Source: Vulcanimicrobiota bacterium (lineage in GTDB: Bacteria; Vulcanimicrobiota; Vulcanimicrobiia; Vulcanimicrobiales; Vulcanimicrobiaceae). From it: DNA of 61,383 bases. Location: assembly GCA_030041115.1 (NCBI GenBank), contig JASHOM010000097.1, positions 1-61,383 of the forward strand. The letters run 5' to 3'. A model generated the notes under the pieces. The model was not told where the DNA came from, searched no databases, and saw only the letters and a program-made list of their open reading frames with translations. The first letter of the stretch is position 1, and the number at the start of each line of letters is the position of its first letter. The position numbers and the translations under genes are program-made. This document shows positions 19,519 through 29,480 of the stretch, in pieces.

Positions 19519-20704
19519 ACCGCAGTGCCTGGCGATAGAGATAAAAGCGATCGCTCATCGTTCGCTCGCAATCTTCCTCGAGCAATACCTCGGCGAGCCG
19601 CGGAGTCCTCGCGAGCTGCTCGAAGAGCAGCCCGAAGCGGCGCGGCTGATGCTCGAGGTAACGCATGATGCGAACGCGATGCGCAAGCCGCCGCCGGAAG
19701 CGCGCCGCGATCAGCGCACCGTAGCGCGCGCTCGCACGCCGTGCGTCCTTTCGTTCGCTCGCGATCGCGTCGGCAGCGAAACGGCCGCTGAGCGCGGCTT
19801 CAAATATTCCTTCGCCGTTGGTGGCATCGACGAAGCCCGCCGCGGTCCCGCCGATCAGCACGCCCTCCTCGGCGACGTTCGGCCGCGGCATCCCGCCGTA
19901 GAGCAGATGTCCCTCGGTCTTGACGGCGCGCACGCCGGCGTTGGGATAGAGCCGATGGCGCACTCGTTGCGTAAATTCGTCCAACTCCTCGCGCAGCGGA
20001 CCGGCACCGATCTTTCCCATGACGCCGAGTCCGATCGCCAAGTGATCGCGCTTGGGAAACATCCACGCCACGATCTGCCGTCCGTCGCGCGCCGCATAGT
20101 AATGCAGCTCGAGTGTCCGATAGGCGACGGCGGCCGCCGCGCCGTTCAGGTATACCCGATGCTGTAAGGTGGTCAGCAGCCCAGTGCGCCAGCGCGCCAT
20201 CGCGAGTTTGCCGAAGGCGGGCGCGTCGAGTTGCGCCGTCGCTCCGGGCGCGAAAAAGATTCGGCCGGCCGCGACCGTTCGTCGTTCGCCTGCGCCCAGG
20301 TCGGCGTACTCCACCACGATGCGCCCGCGCTCGCGGCGCATGGTACGGAAGAGTGCGCGCGTTCGAATCTCCGCTCCCTCGCGAGCAGCGAGGTCGGCCA
20401 GCATGCCGTCGAGCTCTTCGCGCGTCGTCGTGTGACCCGGTCCGAATGCGATCGCGTGTTCGGCACCGCGCGCGTCGAAGAGCGCGAGGCGCGGCGTATC
20501 GCAGTGGACGATCGCGCGCGGGACCCCGAACGTCTCACAAAAGCCCGGCCGCAAGCCCGCGGCGCAGACCCGTTTAGCGCCGACCACCGCGTCGCGCTCC
20601 AAAACCAGCGTTTCGACCCCCGCGCGGGAGGCTTCGCGGGCCGCGATCGCACCGGCCGGTCCACACCCGACGACCAGGAATTCCGTGCGTTCGACCTGAC
20701 CCAT
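19487..20704 (-). CDS. Geranylgeranyl reductase-like FAD-dependent oxidoreductase
   Basis: VVGCGPAG, KRVCAAG, WMFPK and IGGTAAGFVDATNGEGI motifs. Confidence 0.82.
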   Translation of the reverse strand: MGQVERTEFLVVGCGPAGAIAAREASRAGVETLVLERDAVVGAKRVCAAGLRPGFCETFGVPRAIVHCDTPRLALFDARGAEHAIAFGPGHTTTREELDGMLADLAAREGAEIRTRALFRTMRRERGRIVVEYADLGAGERRTVAAGRIFFAPGATAQLDAPAFGKLAMARWRTGLLTTLQHRVYLNGAAAAVAYRTLELHYYAARDGRQIVAWMFPKRDHLAIGLGVMGKIGAGPLREELDEFTQRVRHRLYPNAGVRAVKTEGHLLYGGMPRPNVAEEGVLIGGTAAGFVDATNGEGIFEAALSGRFAADAIASERKDARRASARYGALIAARFRRRLAHRVRIMRYLEHQPRRFGLLFEQLARTPRLAEVLLEEDCERTMSDRFYLYRQALRFGFRTFASRG

Positions 20705-20819
20705 CCGGTCATTTTCGGCGCCGGGCTGGGATAGGACTTGCGCCCGCCTCCGGAGTAGCCAAGCCGGTCGGCCCGCCGGGCCGGTATTTTTGCTCCGCCG
20801 TATTCTTTGAAGGATAGGA

Positions 20820-22925
20820 ATGACCGCACAAACAGCGATCGTAGCCGGACTCATTGGAGGCGTCCTCGCGGTGCTCTACGGGATCGGGCTGACCTTCTGG
20901 GTGCTCGCGCAACCGGCCGGCAACCAGCGCATGCAAGAGATTGCCGCCGCGATCCAAGAAGGCGCGATGGCCTTCCTGCAGCGCCAGTATCGCACGGTTG
21001 CCATCGTCGCGATAATTCTGGCGATTATCATTTTCTTCGCCCCGACGCTTGGCAAGGAAGCCGCCGTCGGCTTTCTGATCGGCGCGATCCTTTCCAGCGC
21101 AGCCGGATTCATCGGAATGATCGTCTCGGTACGCGCGAATGTTCGCACGGCCGAGGCCGCGCGCGGCGGACTGGCCCCCGCGCTGAAGGTCGCGTTTCGC
21201 GGCGGCTCGGTGACGGGCATGCTCGTCGTCGGCTTAGGGCTGTTGGCGGTCTCCGGATATTACGCCATATTGCAAGCCGTGAACCATGGCGACTCGACGA
21301 TGTCGCTCAACGCGATGATCGGGCTCGCGTTCGGCTGCTCGCTGATTTCCGTCTTCGCTCGACTGGGAGGCGGCATTTACACGAAGGCGGCCGACGTCGG
21401 TGCCGACTTGGTCGGCAAAGTCGAAGCGGGCATCCCCGAGGACGATCCGCGCAATCCGGCCGTGATCGCCGACAACGTGGGCGACAACGTCGGCGATTGC
21501 GCCGGCATGGCCGCCGATCTTTTTGAAACGTATTGCGTCACGACGGTCGCGGCGATGCTGCTCGGCAATCTCCTTTTCGGCAACAAATTGCCGGGCGCGA
21601 CCACGTTTCCGCTCTTCCTCGGGGCCGTCTCGATCGTCGCTTCGATCGTCGGCGCCGCTTTCGTCGGCGTCGGCGGGGTCCGGCGCACGAAGATCATGGC
21701 CGCGCTCTATCGCGGCATGAGCGTGGCGGGAATCCTCTCGCTCGTCGGTTTCTATTTTGTCTCGGGCAGTGTATTCGGCGGCGAAACGGTCCTCAGCGAA
21801 CGCGGAATCTTCCTCTCGGCCGTCATCGGCGTCATCATCACCGGGCTGATCACGCTCATCACCGAGTACTACACGGGCTCGCAGTTCGCGCCGGTGCAGC
21901 GCATCGCCAAGGCCTCGATCACGGGGCATGCAACCAACATCATCGCCGGCCTCGCGGTCTCGATGCAGGCGACCGCATTACCCGCCGTCGTGATCGTCCT
22001 GGGCATCCTCTTCAGCTATGGGCTTGCCGGAGTCTACGGCGTCGGCATCGCGGTGATGGCGATGCTCTCGATGGCCGGCATCGTCGTCGCGATCGATTCG
22101 TTCGGTCCGATCACCGATAACGCGGGCGGAATTGCGGAGATGGCGGAGCTGCCCGAGGACGTGCGCTACGTCACCGATCCGCTCGACGCGGTCGGCAATA
22201 CGACGAAGGCCGTCACGAAAGGTTATGCGATCGGTTCGGCCGCGCTGGCCGCGCTCGTGCTCTTCGCGTCGTTCCTGCAGCAGCTAACCAATCACAAGTG
22301 CGGAATCGCCCAAGCGCCGCAGTGCATCGAGGGCGTTCGCAATCTCTTTGCCGTCGGCAACCCGTTCGTTCTCGCCGGCTTGTTCGTCGGCGGACTGCTG
22401 CCGTATCTCTTCGCGTCGCTTTCGATGGAGGCCGTCGGTCGCGCCGGCGGCGCGGTCGTCGAGGAAGTCCGCCGTCAGTTCCGCGAGATTCCCGGCATCA
22501 TGGAGGGCACCGCGCGCCCCAACTACGGAACGACCGTCGACATCGTCACGCGGGCCGCGCTGCGTGAAATGATCGTACCCGCGCTGATTCCCGTCGGCGT
22601 GCCCGTAATCGTCATGCTGCTCTCCTACTTCAATATTTTGCCCGGCGACACCGGGCCACAGTTGTTGGGCGGAATTCTCGTCGGCTCCATCATCACGGGC
22701 TTCTTCGTTGCGGTCTCGATGACGTCGGGCGGCGGCGCGTGGGACAATTCCAAGAAGTTTATCGAAGACGGGAACTACGGCGGGAAAGGCTCGACCGCGC
22801 ACCGAGCCGCGGTCACCGGCGATACGGTCGGCGATCCCTATAAGGACACCGCCGGCCCGGCTATCAACCCGATGATCAAGGTGCTCAACATCGTGGCCCT
22901 CTTGCTCGTCACGTTCCTGCGTTAA
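20820..22925 (+). CDS. hppA: Membrane-bound H+-translocating pyrophosphatase, K+-independent type
   Basis: [30 protein letters not shown] and DNVGDNVGD motifs; GNTTKA (the Lys marks the K+-independent type); [11 protein letters not shown]. Confidence 0.96.
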   Translation: MTAQTAIVAGLIGGVLAVLYGIGLTFWVLAQPAGNQRMQEIAAAIQEGAMAFLQRQYRTVAIVAIILAIIIFFAPTLGKEAAVGFLIGAILSSAAGFIGMIVSVRANVRTAEAARGGLAPALKVAFRGGSVTGMLVVGLGLLAVSGYYAILQAVNHGDSTMSLNAMIGLAFGCSLISVFARLGGGIYTKAADVGADLVGKVEAGIPEDDPRNPAVIADNVGDNVGDCAGMAADLFETYCVTTVAAMLLGNLLFGNKLPGATTFPLFLGAVSIVASIVGAAFVGVGGVRRTKIMAALYRGMSVAGILSLVGFYFVSGSVFGGETVLSERGIFLSAVIGVIITGLITLITEYYTGSQFAPVQRIAKASITGHATNIIAGLAVSMQATALPAVVIVLGILFSYGLAGVYGVGIAVMAMLSMAGIVVAIDSFGPITDNAGGIAEMAELPEDVRYVTDPLDAVGNTTKAVTKGYAIGSAALAALVLFASFLQQLTNHKCGIAQAPQCIEGVRNLFAVGNPFVLAGLFVGGLLPYLFASLSMEAVGRAGGAVVEEVRRQFREIPGIMEGTARPNYGTTVDIVTRAALREMIVPALIPVGVPVIVMLLSYFNILPGDTGPQLLGGILVGSIITGFFVAVSMTSGGGAWDNSKKFIEDGNYGGKGSTAHRAAVTGDTVGDPYKDTAGPAINPMIKVLNIVALLLVTFLR

Positions 22926-22954
22926 AGTACCGGCGATAGGAGCCTGTAGGGCTC

Positions 22955-24205
22955 CTAGCTCCCCGGAGTCGCCACGAAGGTCACGTACGTCGCGCCCGAC
23001 GAGGGACACTCGCCGCTAACCAACTCGCAGGCCTGACCCGCGATCTGACCGCTGTCGTTGATGCCTCCGACGCTCACCGGCTCGAGTTGCGGATAAGATT
23101 GCTCAACGAGCTGCGTGAAGTCGGTCATCGCTCCGTTCTGCCAAAGATAAACGTGAGAGCTCGGAAATGAGACGCCGAGCACTGCGCCGCTGTCGTTGAT
23201 CGAGGTCGGTTCGCTGAGCGAGTCGCCCGGGAGCGTCCCGATCTTCGTCGGTGCCTTGAACGGATCGGTCCAGATCACGGAGATGAAGTCCGGATCGCCT
23301 TGCCTGTCGGTCTTGCCGCGCTTGTTGAGAAAACCTACGATCTGTCCCGAATCGTTGATCGCGGTCGGAGTGTTCCACGAGACTCCGCCGATGGTCCTGA
23401 GTGCGATCGGCTTGCCGTTCTTCCACAGCAGCGCGTGATGAGCCGAAAAACTTCCCACGGCCTCATAGCAGATGCCTGAAATGCCCACGACCTCGCCCCG
23501 ACGATTGACGGCGGTCGCGGCGCCGTCGGGATCGGTTTTGCCCTTCACGGTCAGCGTCGGGAGTGCCTTTACTCTTCGCGTCACGGCGTTCCAAACGGCC
23601 GGCAAGAACTGCAGCACTTGGGGTTTGACGCACGTCGAATCGTGCATCTTGGTCTCGGCCCAACCGGCGATCTCGCCGTTTTCGTCCATGCCGGCACCAT
23701 AGCCGTTGTTTCCGCCGAGCGTCGGCAGGTCGTACATGCGGCCGGCGTGCCAGACAAAGGCGAGACACGTTTTTCCCGAACTTCCGTTATCGGGCAGGAA
23801 CGCGTGACAACTCCAGCTCGTACTCTCGCCCAGCGGGTCTTTTCTCGCGGTCTCCGAGATTCCGGAAATGTAACCCCGGTCGTTCTCGACCGGCCACTCG
23901 ACCGCGCTGTTCGGACCGCCGAGCGTCCCAAGATCGGTCACGCGATTTCCCTGCCAAAGCGCGGCATGCATGATCGTGTCGCCGGACAGAAAAGACGTTC
24001 CCATCGGCCGGCCACGATCGTTGATCGAGTTGGCCGCGCTGTTCGTTCCGCCCAGGGACGGCAGGACCGTCACGGTATAGCCGCTTCCCGAGCTTCCGGC
24101 GCGCATCGAGTCGCTCGGCAGGGCGGCGCTGCCGCCGCTCCCCACCGGCGAACAGCCGGCGAGCATCGCAAGAACGATCGTACGCGCTCTGTTTTGGTTT
24201 CGCAC
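22955..24205 (-). CDS. Extracellular HAF-repeat lipoprotein
   Basis: Lipobox LAGC; repeated (D)LGTLGG..A..IND.G.I.G and HA(A)LW units. Confidence 0.85.
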   Translation of the reverse strand: MRNQNRARTIVLAMLAGCSPVGSGGSAALPSDSMRAGSSGSGYTVTVLPSLGGTNSAANSINDRGRPMGTSFLSGDTIMHAALWQGNRVTDLGTLGGPNSAVEWPVENDRGYISGISETARKDPLGESTSWSCHAFLPDNGSSGKTCLAFVWHAGRMYDLPTLGGNNGYGAGMDENGEIAGWAETKMHDSTCVKPQVLQFLPAVWNAVTRRVKALPTLTVKGKTDPDGAATAVNRRGEVVGISGICYEAVGSFSAHHALLWKNGKPIALRTIGGVSWNTPTAINDSGQIVGFLNKRGKTDRQGDPDFISVIWTDPFKAPTKIGTLPGDSLSEPTSINDSGAVLGVSFPSSHVYLWQNGAMTDFTQLVEQSYPQLEPVSVGGINDSGQIAGQACELVSGECPSSGATYVTFVATPGS

Positions 24206-24347
24206 ACTCCACCTCCAGCTTCGGCTTTTGGGCTAAGCCTAGCGGAGGAACGATGCGCCGTCGCCTACGTTCGGGCAGCCTGTGACACGTTCGGCCCGTC
24301 GATCGGCGTCACGGCAGGGCATCGTCGCGCGTTCTCTCCAATTCGGC

Positions 24348-25214
24348 ATGTGGCAAGAGCGGGCTTGGAGCAGGCACGAGGATCGCGAGATGGTTTTCCG
24401 CGTTCGCGCGAGCAGCGCGGACCGTCACTGGGACGGCTTCGCCGCCATCCTCTACGACGTCTCGGCCGGTTTCTCGGAGCAGCAGTTCGTCCGTCACAAC
24501 GTCAGCATGCAGGTCGGTCGCCCGCTCTTGGTCACCAGCCGCTGCAACGGCGAAACGATACGGCGGCTTCAGGTGCCCGGTGACGTCAAGATCGTTCCGC
24601 CGGGCGTCCCGCGCGTTTGGGAAACCGAATCGGCGACGACCAAGCTCTCGATGTATCTCAGTCCGTTGCTCATGCTCTCCGCAGCCGAGACGATGGGAGT
24701 CAATCCCGATCGCGTCGCGATCGCCCCACGACTCCACGTTCGCGATCCACGCATCGAGCACATCGGTTGGGCGGTCAAGGCCGAACTCGAGGCGCCGGAC
24801 TCGCTCGGCCGCCTGTACGGCGACAGCCTCGGCATAGCCCTGGCAGCGCACCTCTTGCGCGCGTATGCGCCGCCGGCTGCGAGCGCCGGCGCCGGCAGAC
24901 TCTCGCGCCGCCGTCTCAATCGGGTCGTCGAGTACATTCACGAGAATATCGCCCGGGATCTCTCGCTCTCCGAACTGGCTCGCCTCGCCGATATGAGTCC
25001 GTCCCGTTTCAAAGCCGTCTTCAGGCAATCGCTCGGGGTACCGGCTCACCAATACGTGATTCGTCACCGCGTCGAATGCGCCGCGGACTTGATCGGACGG
25101 GGCACCTTGCCGTTGAGCGACATCGCCGTGGAGGTGGGCTTCGCAAACCAGAGCCACATGGCGCGCTGCATGAAGCGCGTGATGGGCGTTACGCCGGGCG
25201 CACTGCGCTCCTAG
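24348..25214 (+). CDS. AraC-family transcriptional regulator
   Basis: C-terminal double HTH (LSLSELARLADMSPSRF..IAVEVGFANQSH..GVTPG); divergent from the HAF gene. Confidence 0.92.
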   Translation: MWQERAWSRHEDREMVFRVRASSADRHWDGFAAILYDVSAGFSEQQFVRHNVSMQVGRPLLVTSRCNGETIRRLQVPGDVKIVPPGVPRVWETESATTKLSMYLSPLLMLSAAETMGVNPDRVAIAPRLHVRDPRIEHIGWAVKAELEAPDSLGRLYGDSLGIALAAHLLRAYAPPAASAGAGRLSRRRLNRVVEYIHENIARDLSLSELARLADMSPSRFKAVFRQSLGVPAHQYVIRHRVECAADLIGRGTLPLSDIAVEVGFANQSHMARCMKRVMGVTPGALRS

Positions 25215-25711
25215 ACCTTGACGAGCGCCTCGTACTTTCGAAAGATGACGTAGTAACTTGCAACGATGAAAACGATTGCGAACGCGAGCAGCGCGTCGCC
25301 GACGGTTGCCGAGAGGCTTCCGCGTTGCGGCATCAGCTCGCGCACTCCGAAGCGCAGGACGAAGGCACCCACGAAGATTGCGAGCGTCGCCCACGACGAC
25401 CCGAGGTACATCACCCCCGGCCGATCCGTCGGGCGCACGTCGGTGTGCACGCCGCGCAGCACGCCGAACGGAAGGCCGGCGAGGCCGCCCACCGCCAGGC
25501 CCGCCGCAATCTCGAACGGCGGAGTCGGGTTCAGCATGTTGTTGGCATAGATCACCCACGTCGTTAGCACGCATAGAACGAGCGGCGCGACCCACATGCG
25601 GGTGACGCTGATTCGTTGAGGGCGCAAGAGACGAACGGCGAGCAGCGCCACGACTAACAGCAGCGGCAGCAGTTGCGCCCAAACAGGGACGCTTTGCCCG
25701 GGTTGCCCCGT
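25211..25711 (-). CDS. CcdC/DUF1453-like membrane protein (start uncertain; first canonical start is GTG at 25651)
   Basis: Hydrophobic helices with an RPQRISVTRMWVAP-type N-terminal motif. The reading frame is open from directly after the rplL stop. Confidence 0.65.
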   Translation of the reverse strand, partial: TGQPGQSVPVWAQLLPLLLVVALLAVRLLRPQRISVTRMWVAPLVLCVLTTWVIYANNMLNPTPPFEIAAGLAVGGLAGLPFGVLRGVHTDVRPTDRPGVMYLGSSWATLAIFVGAFVLRFGVRELMPQRGSLSATVGDALLAFAIVFIVASYYVIFRKYEALVKV

Positions 25712-26086
25712 TTATTTGATCTCCACTTTGGCGCCGGCCTCTTCGAGCTTCTTCTTCACTTGCTCGGCTTCGTCTTTGGTCACGCCCTCTTTGACTGCCT
25801 TGGGCGCGCTCTCGACGAACGCCTTCGCTTCGGTGAGGCCGAGGCTGGTCAGCTCGCGCACCGCCTTGATGACCTTGATCTTCTCCGCACCGATCTCGGC
25901 GAGAATCACGTCGAACTCGGTCTTCTCGGCTTCGGGCGCGGCGGCACTGCCGCCGGGAGTCGCGGCCATCATCGCAACCGGCGCGGCGGCCGAGACGCCG
26001 TATTTTTCCTCGAGCTGCTTGACGAGGTCCGCCAGCTCGAGAACGGTGAGCTTGTCGATCTGTTCGATGAGTTCGGGAACTGCCAT
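25712..26086 (-). CDS. rplL: 50S ribosomal protein L7/L12
   Basis: [30 protein letters not shown] and [20 protein letters not shown] motifs. Confidence 0.98.
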   Translation of the reverse strand: MAVPELIEQIDKLTVLELADLVKQLEEKYGVSAAAPVAMMAATPGGSAAAPEAEKTEFDVILAEIGAEKIKVIKAVRELTSLGLTEAKAFVESAPKAVKEGVTKDEAEQVKKKLEEAGAKVEIK

Positions 26087-26104
26087 GATATGTCGTTGTC
26101 CTTA

Positions 26105-26635
26105 CTAAGCGGTTGAAGCCGCGCCGGCTTTTTGCTCGCGAATGCGCTCGAGCACGCGAACGAGTCCACTCTGATTTCCGGAAAGGACCGTGACGAGCCC
26201 GCGGATCGGATTCGCGAGTGTTCCGACGAGACTTGCGATGAGTTCAGATTTGGGTGGAAGCTTGGCGAGCGTCTCGACTTGCTTCGCGTCGACGACTTGA
26301 CCGTCGATGTACGCCGCTTTGACCGCGACGCGTTTGACCGTGTCGCTGAAAGTCTTGAGCGCCTTCGCGGGTGCGACGGGGTCGGCTCCGGCGAAGACGA
26401 TCCCCGTCGGGCCGGCGAGGAAGCTCTCGAGCCGTGCCGCAAGATCGCCCGCGGCAATGCGAAAAAGCGTGTTCTTGACGACCGAGTACGTGTTGCCGTC
26501 TTTGCGAAGCTCGCGCCGGAGCTTGGTCAGCTCCTCGACCGTCAAGCCGGTGTAGTCGGTGAGGAATAGGCTTTTTGCGCCGGCGAGTCTTTCGGTGAGC
26601 TCCCCGACGGCGGCTTCTTTACGGGCGGTCGGCAT
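26105..26635 (-). CDS. rplJ: 50S ribosomal protein L10
   Basis: MPTARKEAAV, DYTGLTV, VVKNTL and GPT motifs; upstream of rplL. Confidence 0.97.
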   Translation of the reverse strand: MPTARKEAAVGELTERLAGAKSLFLTDYTGLTVEELTKLRRELRKDGNTYSVVKNTLFRIAAGDLAARLESFLAGPTGIVFAGADPVAPAKALKTFSDTVKRVAVKAAYIDGQVVDAKQVETLAKLPPKSELIASLVGTLANPIRGLVTVLSGNQSGLVRVLERIREQKAGAASTA

Positions 26636-26667
26636 AGGTTGGTTCTTCCAGTTTGGCGGCGTGCGAT

Positions 26668-26795
26668 GAAACGAAAAGCGCCCCGTGAGGGCGCTTCCTT
26701 CAAAATCCGCGTCGCGTTCGGCGACCCGGAAATTTTCCACCTGCGTCCTCAGTAGTCAGAATTAAGGCCTTGCGGCCGGCTACGGTCTTTGGAGC
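26668..26795 (-). promoter_or_regulatory. L10 leader (r-protein autoregulatory RNA) with attenuator terminator
   Basis: AAGACCGTAG..GGCCGCAAGGCCTTAA..CTACTGAGG resembles the L10-leader core. It is followed by hairpin AAGCGCCC-TCACG-GGGCGCTT plus a T-rich tail, upstream of rplJ. Confidence 0.8.
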
Positions 26796-26860
26796 CGTCG
26801 GCTAGACTACCACAGGATGCCCGGGGAACGCAAGCCGCGCGCCGAAGGCGTTTGCTCGTC

Positions 26861-27454
26861 GTGACCTTCCGGCCCGTCCTCGACCATGCGCTCGACCTGC
26901 TCAGGGCCGGGAACGCGCGCTTTGTCGCCGGCACGCCGCAGCACGAGCCGTACGGGCCGCGGATCGCCGCCCTGGCCGCCGGGCAGCATCCCTTCGCGAT
27001 CGTTCTGGGCTGCTCCGACTCGCGCGTGCCGGTCGAAACGATCTTCGACCAAGTGCCCGGCAAGGTCTTCGTCGTGCGTGTCGCGGGAAACTTCGTCAAC
27101 GACGATAACCTCGGGTCGATCGAATACGCGGTCGACGTTTTGAAGGCGAGGCTGGTCGTCGTCCTCGGACACAGCAACTGCGGGGCCGTCAGCGCCGCGC
27201 TCGCGTTCGTGCGCGATGGTACGGTTCAGCGTAGTCGAATCCAAGGCATCGTCGAGGCGGTTGCGCCCGCGGTCCGCGCGACGCGCGACCTTCCGGGCGA
27301 TTGGCTCATCAACGCCGTGGAGCGAAACGTCGCGCTCAACGTGCAAGCGCTGATCCGCGGGTCGCCGATCATCGCGGAGCTGGTCGAAGCCGGTGAAGTA
27401 GAGGTCATCGGTGGAATCTACAACGTCGGCACCGGCGTCGTCGCATTCGCGTAG
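26861..27454 (+). CDS. Beta-class carbonic anhydrase
   Basis: GNARF, GCSDSRVP, RVAGN, GSIEYA and LGHSNCGAV zinc motifs. Confidence 0.95.
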   Translation: MTFRPVLDHALDLLRAGNARFVAGTPQHEPYGPRIAALAAGQHPFAIVLGCSDSRVPVETIFDQVPGKVFVVRVAGNFVNDDNLGSIEYAVDVLKARLVVVLGHSNCGAVSAALAFVRDGTVQRSRIQGIVEAVAPAVRATRDLPGDWLINAVERNVALNVQALIRGSPIIAELVEAGEVEVIGGIYNVGTGVVAFA

Positions 27455-29291
27455 CGGCCGGCTGAGAGCCGCCGTCAATTTCGTCTGCGAGCGCCTTCCG
27501 CTCGCCGTCGTCGCGATCGGCACGATCTTGATGGTGATCGTTTTCGTCGTGGTCGAGGACAACGCGACGCACATCGGCTATTATCCGATCGTCTTCGAGC
27601 GCGATGCCGACCAGGTCGAGGTGGAATCCGGCGCGACGCTCGGCAACGAGCTGCAGACGGGCGACCGTGTCGATCTGCAGGCGTTGACGCCGCCCCAACG
27701 CTTCTCGCTTTTGGCGGGTGCCCGGGCGCAAAGCCGAATCGTGCTGCACGCGTTGCACGGCGATCGAAGCGCACCGGTCGCTTTGACGGCAAGCTCCATC
27801 GACAACTCGCCGCGCGCCAAGCTCACTCGCGACGTCGGCACGCCCTTGTGCTTCTTCCTTTCGCTGGCGCTGGCCAGCGCGCTCTTCTTGATCCGGCCGC
27901 GCCCGATCACGCTCGCTTTCTATTTCTATACGATGCTCATGCTCGTGAAGGTCAATCAGACCGCGCTTGACCTCGCTAGCTGGCCCATCAGCCTTTTCAG
28001 CGACCTGGCGGTCCAAGTCGTCTACCCGCTGGCGCAACTGATGATCCTGATTTTCGCCCAGCGGCTCTACGGCCGTGAAAGCCGCGCGTGGCCGTGGTTC
28101 TTCGGCAGCGCCGTCGCCTTGTCGGCCGTCGTATTCGTCGCGTGGCTCAATCCGATCGTGTGGACGGTTTTTCAGCGGTACGCGATCCCCGGACCGACCA
28201 CGCTCTTCATGAGTCTCTCCGACGCTTTGCTCTTGATCGTCGTGCTCTCCGGGCTGGCCTACATTGCGTCAGGGGCAACGGGAATCGCGCGCGGTCGCGT
28301 CAACTGGGTCATCGCCGGCATCGCGCTGGCGCCGATCCTCGATCTCACGTGGGCCATCACCAACGTGATCAGCACGCTCGCCGGGAACTCATCCAGCCTT
28401 TTATTGACCCTGCAGCACTGGACCGATGCGCTGGGCCCCTGGTTCGGTCTTGCCGGTTCGGTTTTCGTCGTTTACGGCTTTCTCTCCGAACGGGTCATCG
28501 ATTTCCGCTTTGCCATCGGACGCGCCGCGATCTACGGCGGCATTACCGGCGTTATGCTGCTCTTCTTCGGCATTCTCGAGTGGTGGGCCGAGCAGGTCTT
28601 CGAAAGCACGCGCCCGGCGATTTATGTGAGCCTCTTCGCAGCCCTTTTGATCGGCTTTACGCTCAACGGATTGCACGGCCGCGTCGAAAGCTTCTTGAAC
28701 GCGTTCTTCTTTCGCGATCAACATCGGGCGGAAGAGGCTCTGCGCCACGCCTCGCGCGCGCTGGCGAACACGTCGTCGGAGAAAACGCTCATCGAGTTCT
28801 TGGTGGACGAGCCCGTGCGTGTGCTCGGCCTCACCTCGGCCGCGCTGTTTCTCGCCGAACGTGACGGCGGCATCTTTAGCCGCCGGGCCGATTGCGGCTG
28901 GACCCGTCGAGAGACCGAGCGGATCGACCCCGAAGACCCGCTGATCGTGGAGCTGCGCGCCGAGCTCGCCCCGATCGTGCTCGACGGCCGCCCGCGCGCC
29001 GAAACGATCTTACCCGGAGGAGCGCAGGCGCCCTCGATCGTCGTTCCTCTGCTCATGCGCGGCAGCGTCTTCGGCTTCGTCTTCTATGGACCGCGCAGCA
29101 ACGGCACGCCGCTGACATCCGACGAACGCGCGCTATTAGAAGGAATCGCGCGCAGCGCCGGTGCGGCGTACGATCATATCGATGCGGACAAGGCGCACGC
29201 GCGCATCCGCGAACTCGAGGCTCAGCTACGGCGCCTTGAACCGCCGACGCCGATTCCGCCCGCCTCCGGCATCTCCGCGACAGAGCCATGA
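27411..29291 (+). CDS. Multi-pass membrane protein with C-terminal GAF domain (start uncertain, possibly CTG at 27462)
   Basis: Extracellular PDZ-like segment (LQTGDRVDL), about 9 TM helices, and a GAF-like tail (VVPLLMRGSVFGFVFYG..LTSDERALL). No output domain. Confidence 0.8.
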   Translation: MESTTSAPASSHSRSGRLRAAVNFVCERLPLAVVAIGTILMVIVFVVVEDNATHIGYYPIVFERDADQVEVESGATLGNELQTGDRVDLQALTPPQRFSLLAGARAQSRIVLHALHGDRSAPVALTASSIDNSPRAKLTRDVGTPLCFFLSLALASALFLIRPRPITLAFYFYTMLMLVKVNQTALDLASWPISLFSDLAVQVVYPLAQLMILIFAQRLYGRESRAWPWFFGSAVALSAVVFVAWLNPIVWTVFQRYAIPGPTTLFMSLSDALLLIVVLSGLAYIASGATGIARGRVNWVIAGIALAPILDLTWAITNVISTLAGNSSSLLLTLQHWTDALGPWFGLAGSVFVVYGFLSERVIDFRFAIGRAAIYGGITGVMLLFFGILEWWAEQVFESTRPAIYVSLFAALLIGFTLNGLHGRVESFLNAFFFRDQHRAEEALRHASRALANTSSEKTLIEFLVDEPVRVLGLTSAALFLAERDGGIFSRRADCGWTRRETERIDPEDPLIVELRAELAPIVLDGRPRAETILPGGAQAPSIVVPLLMRGSVFGFVFYGPRSNGTPLTSDERALLEGIARSAGAAYDHIDADKAHARIRELEAQLRRLEPPTPIPPASGISATEP

Positions 29292-29480
29292 CGAATCCGC
29301 TCGCAGAAGCGCCCAACGAGCTTGGCAGTGTTATTTAACGCGGCGGTCGGGCTGGTCGAGATACTGATATAACAGCCGTTAGTTGTAGATAGTCATCGCG
29401 CTGAAGTTTTCGCCGTAGCCGATCGAGCAGCGCGCTAGGAGCTTTCGTCGGGCGCGGCGTTCGGCTGAGTCCATGGACAG

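Noticed and set aside
19487..20704. bchP / photosynthesis gene
   Set aside because: Only generic GGR-family motifs are present, and there are no bch/puf genes nearby.
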